A stretch of 64,000 bases of DNA, taken from positions 256,001 to 320,000 of the forward strand of contig CAWCAG010000001.1 in the NCBI GenBank assembly GCA_963793425.1, given 5' to 3'. This stretch comes from an uncultured cyanobacterium (GTDB lineage Bacteria; Cyanobacteriota; Cyanobacteriia; Cyanobacteriales; CAWCAG01). The stretch's first letter is position 1, and each line of letters begins with the position of its first letter. The notes beneath the pieces were generated by a model. It saw only the letters and a list, made by a program, of their open reading frames with translations. It was not told the DNA's origin and ran no database searches. A program made the position numbers and the translations under genes. Positions 1-10,484 of the stretch are shown here, piece by piece.

Positions 1-175
1 CCTGTACCGCAGCCCAAAATAAGAAGCCACTAATGGGAATACAAGCAACAAGAATAATTAATGTTGTCAAATTCCCTAAGTCAGGATCTCCGTAAGAAAG
101 TTCAAAAATTGAGCCAACTGCGGCGATCGCAGTGATACAAGATCCTAATAAAAATACACCACTTTTTGGTGTCAC
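1..175 (-). CDS. Small two-TM membrane protein, runs off the left edge
   Basis: Not in ORF track; hand translation from GTG at 175: VTPKSGVFLLGSCITAIAAVGSIFELSYGDPDLGNLTTLIILVACIPISGFLFWAAVQ; AAGGAG about 8 nt upstream; directly downstream of def. Confidence 0.7.
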   Translation of the reverse strand, partial: MTPKSGVFLLGSCITAIAAVGSIFELSYGDPDLGNLTTLIILVACIPISGFLFWAAVQ

Positions 176-209
176 TACTGTAGCTCCTTGGAGTTGGTTA
201 TTATTATAC

Positions 210-773
210 TTACTCTATAGTATTGACTGCATTAGCTGAGAAACCTTGTTTGTGCAGTTCTTCGGCCAAGACTAGATCATTTTTCACCCTGTCTACGAAT
301 AGTACTCCGGTGAGATGATCCATTTCATGTTGAATGGCGCGGGCTAAAAGCCCTTTGGCTTTGAATTTACGCGGACGACCGTTTTCGTCTTTAAAGGTTA
401 CTTGAATCGTTCTAGGGCGAATAACATCTAAATAAACTCCTGGTATACTCAGGCAACCTTCTTCCCCTGGACACAAATCCGAACTGTACTTAGTTATTTT
501 CGGATTAATTAAGACTAAGGGAGGATTAGCTGCATTTTCTGGATCGCAGTCGATGACAATTAATTGCTTATTAATTGCTACTTGAGGGGCAGCTAAACCA
601 ATACCATCAGAGCTGTACATGGTTTGGAGCATTTCCCTAATTAACAGACGGACGCTATCATCTACTTTGGTAATACGCTTGGTAGGTTGGCGTAAGGCGT
701 GATCGCCAAGATAATGGATTTGTAAGGGGGGCTTGGCTAATTTAGTTTTTTCTACAGCTATTAGAGAAGTCAT
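210..773 (-). CDS. def: Peptide deformylase
   Basis: GIGLAAPQ, EGCLS and QHEMDH motifs; ATG at 773 (MTSLIAVEK) preferred over the longer ORF start at 800. Confidence 0.97.
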   Translation of the reverse strand: MTSLIAVEKTKLAKPPLQIHYLGDHALRQPTKRITKVDDSVRLLIREMLQTMYSSDGIGLAAPQVAINKQLIVIDCDPENAANPPLVLINPKITKYSSDLCPGEEGCLSIPGVYLDVIRPRTIQVTFKDENGRPRKFKAKGLLARAIQHEMDHLTGVLFVDRVKNDLVLAEELHKQGFSANAVNTIE

Positions 774-935
774 AAATGGGTTTATTATAAACAAATTCAA
801 CTGATTTACTGGGCAGTATCTCTAATGATTACTGATAATTATTGAGACGCTATTAAGTACGCTTCTCTTTATCATCTTAAAATAATTTAGCTATAAGTGC
901 ATCATTGATAACTGAATTATTGATAATTAATTTTT

Positions 936-1769
936 ATGTCTTTACAATGGAAATATCTACTGAAAAACCTGGGAGAATGGCAAGGTTCTTTTACTCGTTT
1001 GTCTCCGAATGGAGAAGAGTTGGAAGATACACCAACTATTGTTACTCTAGAAGGATTGAATGACAATAAGACCATACATCAAGTTGTACGCAGGCTTCCT
1101 CCTCATCAGCCTCCTAATCATTTAGTTTTGGAGTATAGTTCTTTAGGAAATAGTATTCTCTTTTTTGAGAATGGTGCTTTTTGTCAAGGTTCTATGCAAT
1201 GGAGTCCTTATTCTCAATTTGGGGCAGAATTAGGTCTGATTTTTGGTGAGCGCCGTTTGCGTTTGGTACAACTTTTTGAAGGTTCTGGTGATAGTAAGTT
1301 AACTAGCTTGACTTTAATTAGAGAAAAGTTAGCTGGTTCACAAACTCCTGAACGTCCTCCTTTAAGTTTAGAACATTTATTAGGAGAATGGCAGGGTGAA
1401 GCTATTACTATCTATCCTGACAGGAGAAAACCTGACACTTTTCAAACTCATTTAGCTATTCAACATGAAGGTAATAGTCGAATTAAACAGAAGTTAACTT
1501 TTGGGACAAGAACTATTGAATCTTCAGCACAGATTACTGATTCTAAGTTAACTTTTGACCAAAGTGAAATGCAGATGCAAGTTTTGTTTTTACCTGATGG
1601 TTGTTCTTCTAATTGTCCTGTAAACATTAAGCCTCGTTTGCCTTTTGTTCTTGAACTTGGTTGGTTAATTGAACCAAGATTACGACAACGAATTATTCGG
1701 AGTTATAGCCCTAAAGGAGAGTGGTTGAGTGTTACTTTTGTTGAGGAAAGGAAGTTGGGTAATGGGTAA
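936..1769 (+). CDS. DUF3598-family protein
   Basis: 277 aa with repeated NLGEWQGSF / LLGEWQG beta-barrel halves typical of this cyanobacterial family. Confidence 0.8.
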   Translation: MSLQWKYLLKNLGEWQGSFTRLSPNGEELEDTPTIVTLEGLNDNKTIHQVVRRLPPHQPPNHLVLEYSSLGNSILFFENGAFCQGSMQWSPYSQFGAELGLIFGERRLRLVQLFEGSGDSKLTSLTLIREKLAGSQTPERPPLSLEHLLGEWQGEAITIYPDRRKPDTFQTHLAIQHEGNSRIKQKLTFGTRTIESSAQITDSKLTFDQSEMQMQVLFLPDGCSSNCPVNIKPRLPFVLELGWLIEPRLRQRIIRSYSPKGEWLSVTFVEERKLGNG

Positions 1770-1911
1770 TGATGATAAGTTAAGCTGTTATTCGATTAGT
1801 TAACTGTTTTTAGTTATTAGCTGTTAGCTTTTAATATGAAATAGCAAAGATAATACTACAGATAAACAACTTTCGTATCGCTTATTTCTGGTCAATCCTG
1901 CTTTTAATTAA

Positions 1912-2188
1912 TCTGTGGGTAGAATTAGTTTTATTGGGGGACTAGCCCCCCAAACCCCCCAGTGGGGAAACAAGTGTTTCCCCACGCCCCTTCCTAACCG
2001 CTTCGCTCTTCGTTAGTTGTATTTTCCTGGCTAGTTCAGTGGTTGCTCTGTCCTCATAAATAGACTTAGTAATAAAGCGCATTTAGACTCAGGCTCATTG
2101 TTTAAAAGGTTATTCACTAATAACTAACAGCTAAGAGCTAAATTCAGTTCTACTTGTAGCAAACATTTGGCTATTTCATATGAAACAC
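1912..2188. repeat. Dispersed copy of the about 300-bp hairpin element that is tandemly arrayed at 17995-19180
   Basis: Shares ttgggggactagccccccaaaccccccag, ggaaacaagtgtttccc and cgcttcgctct with the array and stays alignable to about 2188. Confidence 0.9.
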
Positions 2189-2191
2189 AAG

Positions 2192-2530
2192 CTAGTATAC
2201 TCCTAACTTATCTCTTTCTTTAAGATAGTTTCCACCTTCACCCTGTAAATAAAGTTCACCTGTCATACCTTTATGAAGCTGATCAAAATCACGGCGATAT
2301 GACCTAATATTAACTACTTGTAATTTTATATCTCTGATATCTTTTCTACCAGTAATTTCAAAGTAGTATGGTTCCCCAGGAAGGGATTTTTTAATAGTAA
2401 GTTGATAAGCTTCTGAAAAAGTGTCTCCTGTTTTTATACATCCTTTATCACAAGAGCCTGAAATCCAATATATTGCATCTAATTTAACCACGCTATCGAC
2501 GTCAAACTCTTTGGTTGTCTTTTTGTTCAT
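2192..2530 (-). CDS. Hypothetical protein
   Basis: 112-aa ATG ORF, AT-rich, no recognised motif. Confidence 0.55.
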   Translation of the reverse strand: MNKKTTKEFDVDSVVKLDAIYWISGSCDKGCIKTGDTFSEAYQLTIKKSLPGEPYYFEITGRKDIRDIKLQVVNIRSYRRDFDQLHKGMTGELYLQGEGGNYLKERDKLGVY

Positions 2531-2625
2531 TATCTTCTTCGTACCAAAACTATTGTAATGATAGTGAAGCCAGTTACCAATACTCCTATAACTCTATTCC
2601 AAAAGTCTCAATTAGCAATTAGCTA

Positions 2626-3999
2626 TTAGCAATTAACAGCCTCCTTCTCCTTTTCCAACACTTTGTTTTGAGAGTGCAATTCTTCTAACATTTCAATAAC
2701 TTCTCTTTCAAAAGCAACTTGAGCGCGATTGGTTTTACCGCCAATATAGAATCTATCACCTTTTTCTAATGCCCAAATTTGCGAGTGAGAAACGTAACTC
2801 ATTATTACACTAATCATCAATAAACCAAAGCCAGTGTAAACGAAAGGTATACCAGGATCTGCTTTTATTTGTAAGCCGGTTGCGCCTATTAATTCTAATA
2901 CTTGTAAGTTAATACCATTAACTTTAGTAGACATTCCTGGACGTATCGCACTAACAAGTTTACCTGTTACGTCATAAACTAACATGGTTCCTTGCAAGTC
3001 TTTGGCGAGTAAAGAAACTCCTTCACTTAAATCAGGTTTTGTGGGTATCCAACTTCCCCAAATTCGCCCTTGACCTTCAAGCTGTAAAGGAGCCATAGGA
3101 AATTGGAAAACAGGACTATTGTTCAGTTTTACCTTTACCCCGGCAATGCTCCAATCTGTTTGATAAAAAGTGATGCCTTGATAACGGAGGGGTTTGTTTA
3201 CATAAATGGTTTGTCGATCTAATTCTTTGTCTTCGTTGTCAACAACAGAAAGGTCAGAATAAAACTGGTCAATTTGACCCGATGAACTATAATCAATCCA
3301 AAACCGATTAACTTTAACTGACCAATCTTTGTTGATTTGCGAAGGTGCGAAAACTCCAGACTCGAAAACATTTTTAATTTGAAAAGTTTCTCCGCTAGGA
3401 ACCATTTCTTGAGCAATGAATCCCGTTAATGCCCCAATTATTGCTCCGGCCAAAATAAGCAACATACTAGCATGAACAATAATTGGTCCGATGCGCCCCA
3501 TAATGCCTTTACGGGCATAAAGTTTATCATCAGTTTGAAAAACTAAATAGTTGCGTTTTTTTAATAAAGGAATTAAAGAGTTAAGAGAAGCTGTATCTAA
3601 TTCTGTACTTAGAGCAAGTTTGGCAAATTGTTGGGGCTTTTCGTAATATTTCCATAAACGGGCTGCTTTTAGGGCCGGAAATTGGCGAGTAAAAGTACAG
3701 GCGGTTAAGCTACTGCCAAATAAGATTAAGAGGGAAAGAAACCACCAAGTACGATAAACATGATCTAAACCAAGGATTAAAATTACTTTCCAAGTTACAA
3801 AACCAAATAAGGCAGGGGAGAGAGGATAGTTTTCTTGATAAAAAGCGACAGATTGTCCTTGTTCAATTACTGTGCCGCTAATACTAAAAACTGCGATCGC
3901 TAGTAATAAAACAATTGCTAGCCGCAAGTTAGCGATGATACTAATAAGTTTCCGAATAGAAGTTTTAAGGTTAGTTGGAAAAGAAGCTGATGCAGTCAT
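2626..3999 (-). CDS. ccs1: Cytochrome c biogenesis protein Ccs1/CcsB (ResB family)
   Basis: [42 protein letters not shown] motifs; adjacent to ccdA. Confidence 0.95.
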   Translation of the reverse strand: MTASASFPTNLKTSIRKLISIIANLRLAIVLLLAIAVFSISGTVIEQGQSVAFYQENYPLSPALFGFVTWKVILILGLDHVYRTWWFLSLLILFGSSLTACTFTRQFPALKAARLWKYYEKPQQFAKLALSTELDTASLNSLIPLLKKRNYLVFQTDDKLYARKGIMGRIGPIIVHASMLLILAGAIIGALTGFIAQEMVPSGETFQIKNVFESGVFAPSQINKDWSVKVNRFWIDYSSSGQIDQFYSDLSVVDNEDKELDRQTIYVNKPLRYQGITFYQTDWSIAGVKVKLNNSPVFQFPMAPLQLEGQGRIWGSWIPTKPDLSEGVSLLAKDLQGTMLVYDVTGKLVSAIRPGMSTKVNGINLQVLELIGATGLQIKADPGIPFVYTGFGLLMISVIMSYVSHSQIWALEKGDRFYIGGKTNRAQVAFEREVIEMLEELHSQNKVLEKEKEAVNC

Positions 4000-4020
4000 A
4001 AATATAGTAGTCTTTAAAAG

Positions 4021-4761
4021 TTAAAAAATACCTACAGGAAGACGAGATAAAAGAGAAAATACCCCAAATCCTAATAATAATGCTCCACTAAGAGAATTAA
4101 TCCAACCAGACCAACGGCGTAGTTGTAAAATCTTTTTGATAGAGGCGGTGAATGTTCCGGCTAAGATTAAGGGTGCAACATAACCTGCCCCGTAAGCAAG
4201 TAATAAGAAGCCTCCGAAAACTAAGTCTTGAGTTTTTGCTACCCAAGCTAGTAAAGTAGCGAGTACGGGGGTACTGCAAGGAGAGGCAATTAAACCAAAG
4301 GTTAAACCTAATAAATAAGAACGTATTCCATCGGGTAAGTCATCGGTGATCCAATCTGTTGCCCCTAAAGAAGGGAAGCGTAGAGGGATGATTTCTAAAA
4401 GGTTAAGCCCCATGAGAATGGCGATGATGCTGACGAAAATGGGTAAACCTATCCCGATTTGCCCATAGACTTTGCCCAGAGAAGCAGCAAAGATGCCTAA
4501 CCCAGCTAGGGTAGTTGCTAAACCGAGGGAAAACCAGACGGATTGGAAAAGCCCTTGCAATTTACCTTTCTCTTCGTAGCCGCCGATATAACCAATGGTG
4601 ATAGGTAACATAGAGAGCATACAAGGAGTGAGACTAGTAAGCAATCCGGCAGCAAAAATAATTCCTAAACTTACGGGGCTGAGGTGAGTTAGCTGAGTAG
4701 AAACTAAGGTATTAGCAAATTGTTCGAGTTGGTAAAGTTGAGTTTGTAGAGTTTCCAACAT
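4021..4761 (-). CDS. ccdA: Cytochrome c biogenesis thiol-disulfide transporter CcdA
   Basis: SLTPCMLSMLP and ASPCSTPVL cysteine motifs in a multi-TM protein. Confidence 0.95.
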   Translation of the reverse strand: MLETLQTQLYQLEQFANTLVSTQLTHLSPVSLGIIFAAGLLTSLTPCMLSMLPITIGYIGGYEEKGKLQGLFQSVWFSLGLATTLAGLGIFAASLGKVYGQIGIGLPIFVSIIAILMGLNLLEIIPLRFPSLGATDWITDDLPDGIRSYLLGLTFGLIASPCSTPVLATLLAWVAKTQDLVFGGFLLLAYGAGYVAPLILAGTFTASIKKILQLRRWSGWINSLSGALLLGFGVFSLLSRLPVGIF

Positions 4762-4938
4762 GAAGGATTTAGGTTAAGAAAAATTCATACTTTTATTGAA
4801 TTGTAACTTAGGTGATGGCTAATAGCTAATAGTTAGTAGATAATTGAGCTAATAAAATTACAATTTCTTTGCATTAAAACTAGACTCTTTTTAGTTTGGT
4901 TAGGATGGTGTTTTCTGTTTCAAATCAAGAAGAAAAAG

Positions 4939-5712
4939 ATGATTGCTGACAAAACACTATTAGATCCTGCTTTCGCTAGGGATAAGTTTTTGCTACGACA
5001 AAAACACCTTTCTATTTCCCAAAAATATTATGTTTGGGATGAAGAAGAACAAGTTATTTTGTTTATCGAACGTCCCAGTCATTTCTTACAAACTTTAGGT
5101 GCTGCTTTAGTGGGAATTATTCTGGGCATTGCTGCTGCGATCGCTTTAGATATTATCTCATCTTTTATACTACTAGGAATTGACAGCTATTTTTTAATTT
5201 TTCTTGACTTTTGTATCGCTTTAATAGTTGCTTTTGTAGTAATGATAGTTCTCAGTCCTAAGCGTCATGTGAATATTTACCGGGATGAGAGTAAAACAGA
5301 ACAACTATTAGAGATTCAACAAGAAAGTAAATGGCAATTCCCCTATGCTTATTATCAAATTAAAGATGCCCGTGGCATGAAGTTAGCCAGGTTACAAAAA
5401 AATTACTTTTATGACCTAATTAGAAAGCGTTGGTACTGCTATCTTAACGATGGTTCTCTTTTATGTACCATCAAAGAAGATTCTGTTGTGATGGCGATTT
5501 TACGCCGCTTCTTTGGTAGTTTTTATGGTTTACTAAGAACCAACTTTGTCATTCTTGCAGGAAGAAGAGAAAGATTGGTCGGAACTTTTAACCGTAAGTG
5601 CACTCTTTTAGATCGTTACGTTCTTGATATGAGTGATGATCCAGAAAGAGTTATTGATCGCCGCATTGCTGTTGCTATTGGCATCATGTTGGATACAGGA
5701 GAAAGAAGATAA
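4939..5712 (+). CDS. Hypothetical protein, LURP-one/scramblase-like barrel with two TM helices
   Basis: FLLRQKHLSISQKYYVWD start, C-terminal DRYVLDMS...IDRRIAVAIGIMLD helix, hydrophobic insert at about aa 50-105. Confidence 0.6.
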   Translation: MIADKTLLDPAFARDKFLLRQKHLSISQKYYVWDEEEQVILFIERPSHFLQTLGAALVGIILGIAAAIALDIISSFILLGIDSYFLIFLDFCIALIVAFVVMIVLSPKRHVNIYRDESKTEQLLEIQQESKWQFPYAYYQIKDARGMKLARLQKNYFYDLIRKRWYCYLNDGSLLCTIKEDSVVMAILRRFFGSFYGLLRTNFVILAGRRERLVGTFNRKCTLLDRYVLDMSDDPERVIDRRIAVAIGIMLDTGERR

Positions 5713-5878
5713 TTGTTGTTACGTACATTTACTTATAGTCAGTTTATTCAGTAACAATATAGTGACTGCCACTAAGAAAAATCAGATTTCTGCTGATATT
5801 TTAAAAATATTTATGTTGCTAGGTGTATCCCCAAAAGCAATTTTTATGCTATTTTTTGGGAAACCTCTGATTTAAATA

Positions 5879-8800
5879 ATGTCTGATTTAGAAAAGACTG
5901 GCACTATTTATGTGCAGGATTATGTTTCTGGCAAACCTAGCCAACTTTTTACTCTTAATTTAGCTACTGGAAAAGCCACTTTAATAGGAGCAATTACCAC
6001 TAAAGTCTATGATTTAGCTTTCGTAAATCAAAGTCTTTATGGACTCAACAAGAAAAGCTTTGGCTTTCTTGATAAAAAAGGTCTTGGCTTCCGCAAAACT
6101 ATGAAGCTAATCAAGATTGATCCAGCAACAGGACAACCAGAAACAATCGGAGATACTCAATTTGATGTAGTTGGATTAGCCTATAATCCCGTGACTAAAA
6201 AGCTCTATGCAACTGCTCACAGAGATTATCAGATTGTTGAGATTAATCCCAGCAACGGTAAAGGTACTCCAGTTGTCACCTTAAGCGATCGCAACCATCT
6301 ATGTGGGGAAATCGCTTTTGATAGTGAAGGTAAAGCTTATATCACCCTAACTACCTCAGACTTAAAAAAGCACTTAGCTACTTGCGATCTAACAACAGGA
6401 AAAGTCTCAATGATTGGAGATATTGGTTTTCCTGGATTAGCCAGTATGAAATTTATTGGCAACACCCTCTATGGAATAGCTGGGGAGTATGCAGGATTGG
6501 GGGGTAGTAATGGTCAGGTTATTAGTATTGACATAGCTACAGGACAAGGCAGTTTAGTCATTACAACAGATCCGCCAATGTGCTGGGCTGGCATGGCTGT
6601 TTACGGAAATACAGTAACTGTAACTCAGCCCCAAACGTTTGAACCGATTGAGAAGACAACCCCATCTTCTGAGGTTATACCACCTCAATCTGTACCAGCA
6701 CTCCAATCAACAATTGTTCAAAGTGATACAACTACTAAGGAAGAAGAAATGACGATTTTAACTATCGATACCAAAGATAACTGTTACCTCATTAATACTG
6801 AGGAAATGAACCACCTGCAAGAAAATGTAGCTCGTTCATTCAGCCTAGAATCAGGAACTTTTGATATTCAAATCACTAGCGGGCATTATAATCATAGCCA
6901 AAGTCAAACAGAAGGAGAGCCTTTCGTTCTTCTCTGGATTTATGGAGTTGATGGCAACACCTTTATTAATAAAAATACGGGCATTGAGGTCGGTACAACT
7001 TGGACTACTTTAAATGGCTATGGAGATCGCTTACAGTTAGAAGTGACAGGACAAGCTGTTTTGTGTGCCTTATTCCTAGACGTTAATAATGAAGATAATA
7101 GTGGCTCAGTCGAGCTTTCTATCTCCAGCAATAAGAAATACTTCAACCCTCAAACTGTAACAGTTGATAGTAAGGAAAACTGCTATGTCCTCAATGCAGA
7201 TAATTTAAAAACCCTGCAACAAAAGGATGCCAATCTTATTGAATTAACTCCGGGTAACTATCGCTTCAAAATTCGCGAATCCAATGCAAGTTATTGGTCA
7301 AGCGAGAAAAAGTTTCAGTTAGAACCTTGGGCTTTGCTTTGGATTAAGGAAGGGAAGTTTATTCCTAAACTCACTGGTAATGAAGTCGAGGAAACTTGGT
7401 GTTCTTTGAACGGACTTAAAGATGAAGTTATTCTAGAAGTCAAAGAAAAAACAATCGTATCAGGATTCTTTTTCGATACCTACAAAGAAGATAATGAAGG
7501 GCAAATAATTCTAGCAATAGAAACAGTAAGCGCAACTGAATTAACTGAAATTTATGAAGAACACGAAACAATCACCACAAGTTCAAGTAGTAGTAGCAGT
7601 AGCCAACAGAATGTTGATGTCAGTACCTCCGGTGACACAAGCTCACAAGAAGAAACCGTTGGTGTAGGTATCTCTGGCAGTGGTATGAATTTTAGTAGTA
7701 GCAGCGGTAGCAGCAGTAGCAGCAGTGGTAGTAGCAGCTTCAGCTTCCAATTTGACCAATCTCAAATGGAAGATATGTGGGAGCAAATATCTTCTAAAAT
7801 CGAGACTTCCGTAGCAGTTAACAACACAGGAGAAGAGAATAAACAAGCCTATTGGGATAATTTAGAAAAATGGATTCTTCAAGGCTATCAACAGCAAGTT
7901 AAAGACCTTACTACCCAAGTAGCACGGGTAGAATTTATGATGAAGGCTTTCTCTCAACAGATGGAGGGAAACTTCAACCAAATATTCCAAGCTTGGTCTA
8001 GTCATTTTGACAGTCGCTTAAACGAGTTAATTAATACGAGAATTGTTGCTACTATTGAAGAACAAGTAAGGCTGAAAACCAGCGAGCAAACCCAAGATAT
8101 TAAGAAACTGGTAGTTGACCAGATGCAAAGTGACATCGACAAACGTCTTGAAACCGCTCTCAATTTGAAACTCAGCCAGCAAACCCAAGATATTAAGAAA
8201 CTGGTAGTTGAGCAGATGCAAGGTGACATTGACAAACGCATTGAGACTGTAGTTAATGTTAAATTCAGTGACCAAACTCCAAATATCAATAGCTCCATAA
8301 TCAATAATATCCAAGAGCAAATGGATCAGCGTATCAATACTGTCGTCACCATGAAAATTGATGACCAAACTGAGAACCTGAAAAACCTGGTAATTCAGCA
8401 ACTTCAGACCAATATGGACAACCGCATTGATAATGCAGTTGAACTGAAAATAACTGACCAAACTGAGAACTTGAAAAACTTGGTAATTCAGCAACTTCAG
8501 ACCAATATGGACAACCGCATTGACAACGCAGTTGAACTGAAAATAACTGACAAGACCGAGGCTCTTAAAAACTTAGTAATTCAGCAGCTAGAGGCAAATA
8601 TTGATAAGCGCATTCAGATGTTTGTGGAGCAATCTACTAACAATAACTTACAGCTAGTAGCGAATAATGTCATGGGTAATATTGACAACCGCATTACTGC
8701 CAACTTTGAAAACCAAATTCTCAACCTGCGGGAAGACTTGACCTCTCTTGTTAGAAGCGAACTCAACAATAACTATACTGATTCTCTGAAATCTCTTCTC

Positions 8801-9148
8801 TTTGCTGACATTAAAAACCAACAATTCTACCTCGACACCCAATCTATCAAAGCTGAAGTAGAAAACTTCTACTCACGATTAGGACAGTTCGAGACACAAT
8901 TAAACCTTCGTATTGCCCAAGGAGATACCAGACTTTACAACTGGACTCTAGAGCAGTTGAGCGCTCTCCAAGGTTGCATAAGTGATCGCCAAGCCTTGGT
9001 AAATATGTTCGAGTCTTTTAGCGCCAAACTCAAAACTGCATTAGATGGCGCACCCTGCGTACAACCTACTCGCTTTTCTGCTTGGGTAACAACAGAAAAC
9101 AACCCCCAAATCGAACCAATCCAGCCTAATCAATTACCAGAAGGATAA
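5879..9148 (+). CDS. 1089-aa multidomain hypothetical protein: beta-propeller, two tandem beta-rich domains, Ser-rich linker, 31-aa coiled-coil repeats
   Basis: Blade-like repeats (INPSNGKGT, IDPATGQPE, CDLTTGKVS, IDIATGQGS); duplicated TIDTKDNCY/TVDSKENCY domain; 93-bp DNA repeats at about 8072-8720. Confidence 0.85.
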   Translation: MSDLEKTGTIYVQDYVSGKPSQLFTLNLATGKATLIGAITTKVYDLAFVNQSLYGLNKKSFGFLDKKGLGFRKTMKLIKIDPATGQPETIGDTQFDVVGLAYNPVTKKLYATAHRDYQIVEINPSNGKGTPVVTLSDRNHLCGEIAFDSEGKAYITLTTSDLKKHLATCDLTTGKVSMIGDIGFPGLASMKFIGNTLYGIAGEYAGLGGSNGQVISIDIATGQGSLVITTDPPMCWAGMAVYGNTVTVTQPQTFEPIEKTTPSSEVIPPQSVPALQSTIVQSDTTTKEEEMTILTIDTKDNCYLINTEEMNHLQENVARSFSLESGTFDIQITSGHYNHSQSQTEGEPFVLLWIYGVDGNTFINKNTGIEVGTTWTTLNGYGDRLQLEVTGQAVLCALFLDVNNEDNSGSVELSISSNKKYFNPQTVTVDSKENCYVLNADNLKTLQQKDANLIELTPGNYRFKIRESNASYWSSEKKFQLEPWALLWIKEGKFIPKLTGNEVEETWCSLNGLKDEVILEVKEKTIVSGFFFDTYKEDNEGQIILAIETVSATELTEIYEEHETITTSSSSSSSSQQNVDVSTSGDTSSQEETVGVGISGSGMNFSSSSGSSSSSSGSSSFSFQFDQSQMEDMWEQISSKIETSVAVNNTGEENKQAYWDNLEKWILQGYQQQVKDLTTQVARVEFMMKAFSQQMEGNFNQIFQAWSSHFDSRLNELINTRIVATIEEQVRLKTSEQTQDIKKLVVDQMQSDIDKRLETALNLKLSQQTQDIKKLVVEQMQGDIDKRIETVVNVKFSDQTPNINSSIINNIQEQMDQRINTVVTMKIDDQTENLKNLVIQQLQTNMDNRIDNAVELKITDQTENLKNLVIQQLQTNMDNRIDNAVELKITDKTEALKNLVIQQLEANIDKRIQMFVEQSTNNNLQLVANNVMGNIDNRITANFENQILNLREDLTSLVRSELNNNYTDSLKSLLFADIKNQQFYLDTQSIKAEVENFYSRLGQFETQLNLRIAQGDTRLYNWTLEQLSALQGCISDRQALVNMFESFSAKLKTALDGAPCVQPTRFSAWVTTENNPQIEPIQPNQLPEG

Positions 9149-9290
9149 CAGAGTAATACCGTCTTCCTTGGTTGTATTAGAGATAGTCTAGTTGGGTAAG
9201 GGGTGAAGGTTTAGATTCCTAGCTTTTTTCCCTTACCTCATAAGAAGTCGTACAAGATTATTTGTATATTTACTATTGAGTTATACATCT

Positions 9291-9315
9291 GTAGCCTAGG
9301 GCAACGCTGCGCGAA
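9291..9315. repeat. Short dispersed repeat (gtagccta..ggcaacgct..cgcgaa family)
   Basis: Near-identical copies at 25610-25636 and 49562-49587. Confidence 0.75.
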
Positions 9316-9364
9316 ACCCAAACCATAATTTTTGTAGCTCACCACTTGCGAGAATTGCTATAAA

Positions 9365-9435
9365 TTACTTGTAATTTTGTAACCATTGACGAAACTCCCT
9401 CATTAAAGCGTTTTCTCCCTTGTCTCCTCGCTTTC
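9365..9435 (-). pseudogene. 3'-end remnant of a second Uma2 gene
   Basis: Translates KRGDKGENALMREFRQWLQNYK-stop, matching the C-terminus KREEKGENALLREFRQWLQNHG of the Uma2 gene at 9815-10447. Confidence 0.85.
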
Positions 9436-9439
9436 TTAT

Positions 9440-9778
9440 TTAGCTCGCTACCTCTTCAGCATCAGCTAACCGAAACTCCAAATTATTCAACTTAAGCTGC
9501 TTAGCTTTATTCTCAGCTTGGATAAGCATCCCAGAAGAAATATCAACACCAATCACTTTCCCTTTCTTACCTACCAACTTTGCTGCTGCGATCGCACAAT
9601 GTCCTGTCCCCGTGGCAATATCTAAAACCCTTTGCCCAAGCTTCACTTGTCCATATTCAACCAAACGATTAGCAATGTTCAAGTGCCAATCACTACTATC
9701 ATATTTTTCACTTCTTCCTGTATATAAATCCGCGATTTCTTGCTTGTAATTATGCAAATCAATTTTATTCATTTGCAA
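9440..9778 (-). pseudogene. Truncated class I SAM-dependent methyltransferase (UbiE-like N-terminal part)
   Basis: VLDIATGTG, GVDIS and ADAE motifs, then a stop at 112 aa immediately before the Uma2 remnant. Confidence 0.8.
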
Positions 9779-9814
9779 AAAGGTTTAGCTAGAAGACCCA
9801 AATTTTCTTGTAAA

Positions 9815-10447
9815 TTATCCGTGATTTTGTAGCCATTGACGAAACTCCCTGAGTAAAGCATTTTCTCCCTTTTCTTCTCGCTTTGCCAAAAACTCTAGAA
9901 TCACAAACTTAGATAAAATTGGTAAAATCTTAGACCTTTCTTGTTCCCCATAACCCCCTTTTTGCAAACAGTAAATAAATAATCTTTCACCATCAAATCG
10001 CCAAACTTCCCCAATTCCTAAAGCCTGATAAATCTCCAAACGATTTAGAGAACTGCTGGTAATATCAACTTCAATGGCCAAATCAGGAACAGGATCAACC
10101 TGAAAATTAAACTTGGTTTTGCCCCGTACCAATGCCTCATTGGTAATGTAATAACATTCATCAGGTTCAATGCCTTTTTGCAAATCTTTCCGACTCAGAG
10201 TAGTTGAACAAAGACTCGCTATTTCTAAGCCTAATACTTCTGTTGTGGTTTGCACCAATCTCCCTAAAAACCCCTTGTTAATTTCATGTTCGGGTAAAGG
10301 AGTCATGATTTCTAATTTGCCTTGATCGTAAGTTAATTGTTGATTAGGACTTTCCGCTAAATCTAACAACAAAGCTTGGTAAGTTTCCCAGCGTACTCCT
10401 GTTAATAGGGTTCCAGCTAGAGGTGGGAATGATGCTTGAGTTATCAT
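9815..10447 (-). CDS. Uma2 (DUF820) family endonuclease-like protein
   Basis: LEIMTPLPEHE, EPDECYY, PDLAIEVDITS, YQALGIGEVWRFD motifs. Confidence 0.93.
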   Translation of the reverse strand: MITQASFPPLAGTLLTGVRWETYQALLLDLAESPNQQLTYDQGKLEIMTPLPEHEINKGFLGRLVQTTTEVLGLEIASLCSTTLSRKDLQKGIEPDECYYITNEALVRGKTKFNFQVDPVPDLAIEVDITSSSLNRLEIYQALGIGEVWRFDGERLFIYCLQKGGYGEQERSKILPILSKFVILEFLAKREEKGENALLREFRQWLQNHG

Positions 10448-10484
10448 AAGTTTTCACACCATTTTGTAACCAAATAATTTTAGA

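Noticed and set aside
9365..9884. DGR template/variable repeat pair from the duplicated Uma2 3' end
   Set aside because: Mismatches involve C, T and G as well as A
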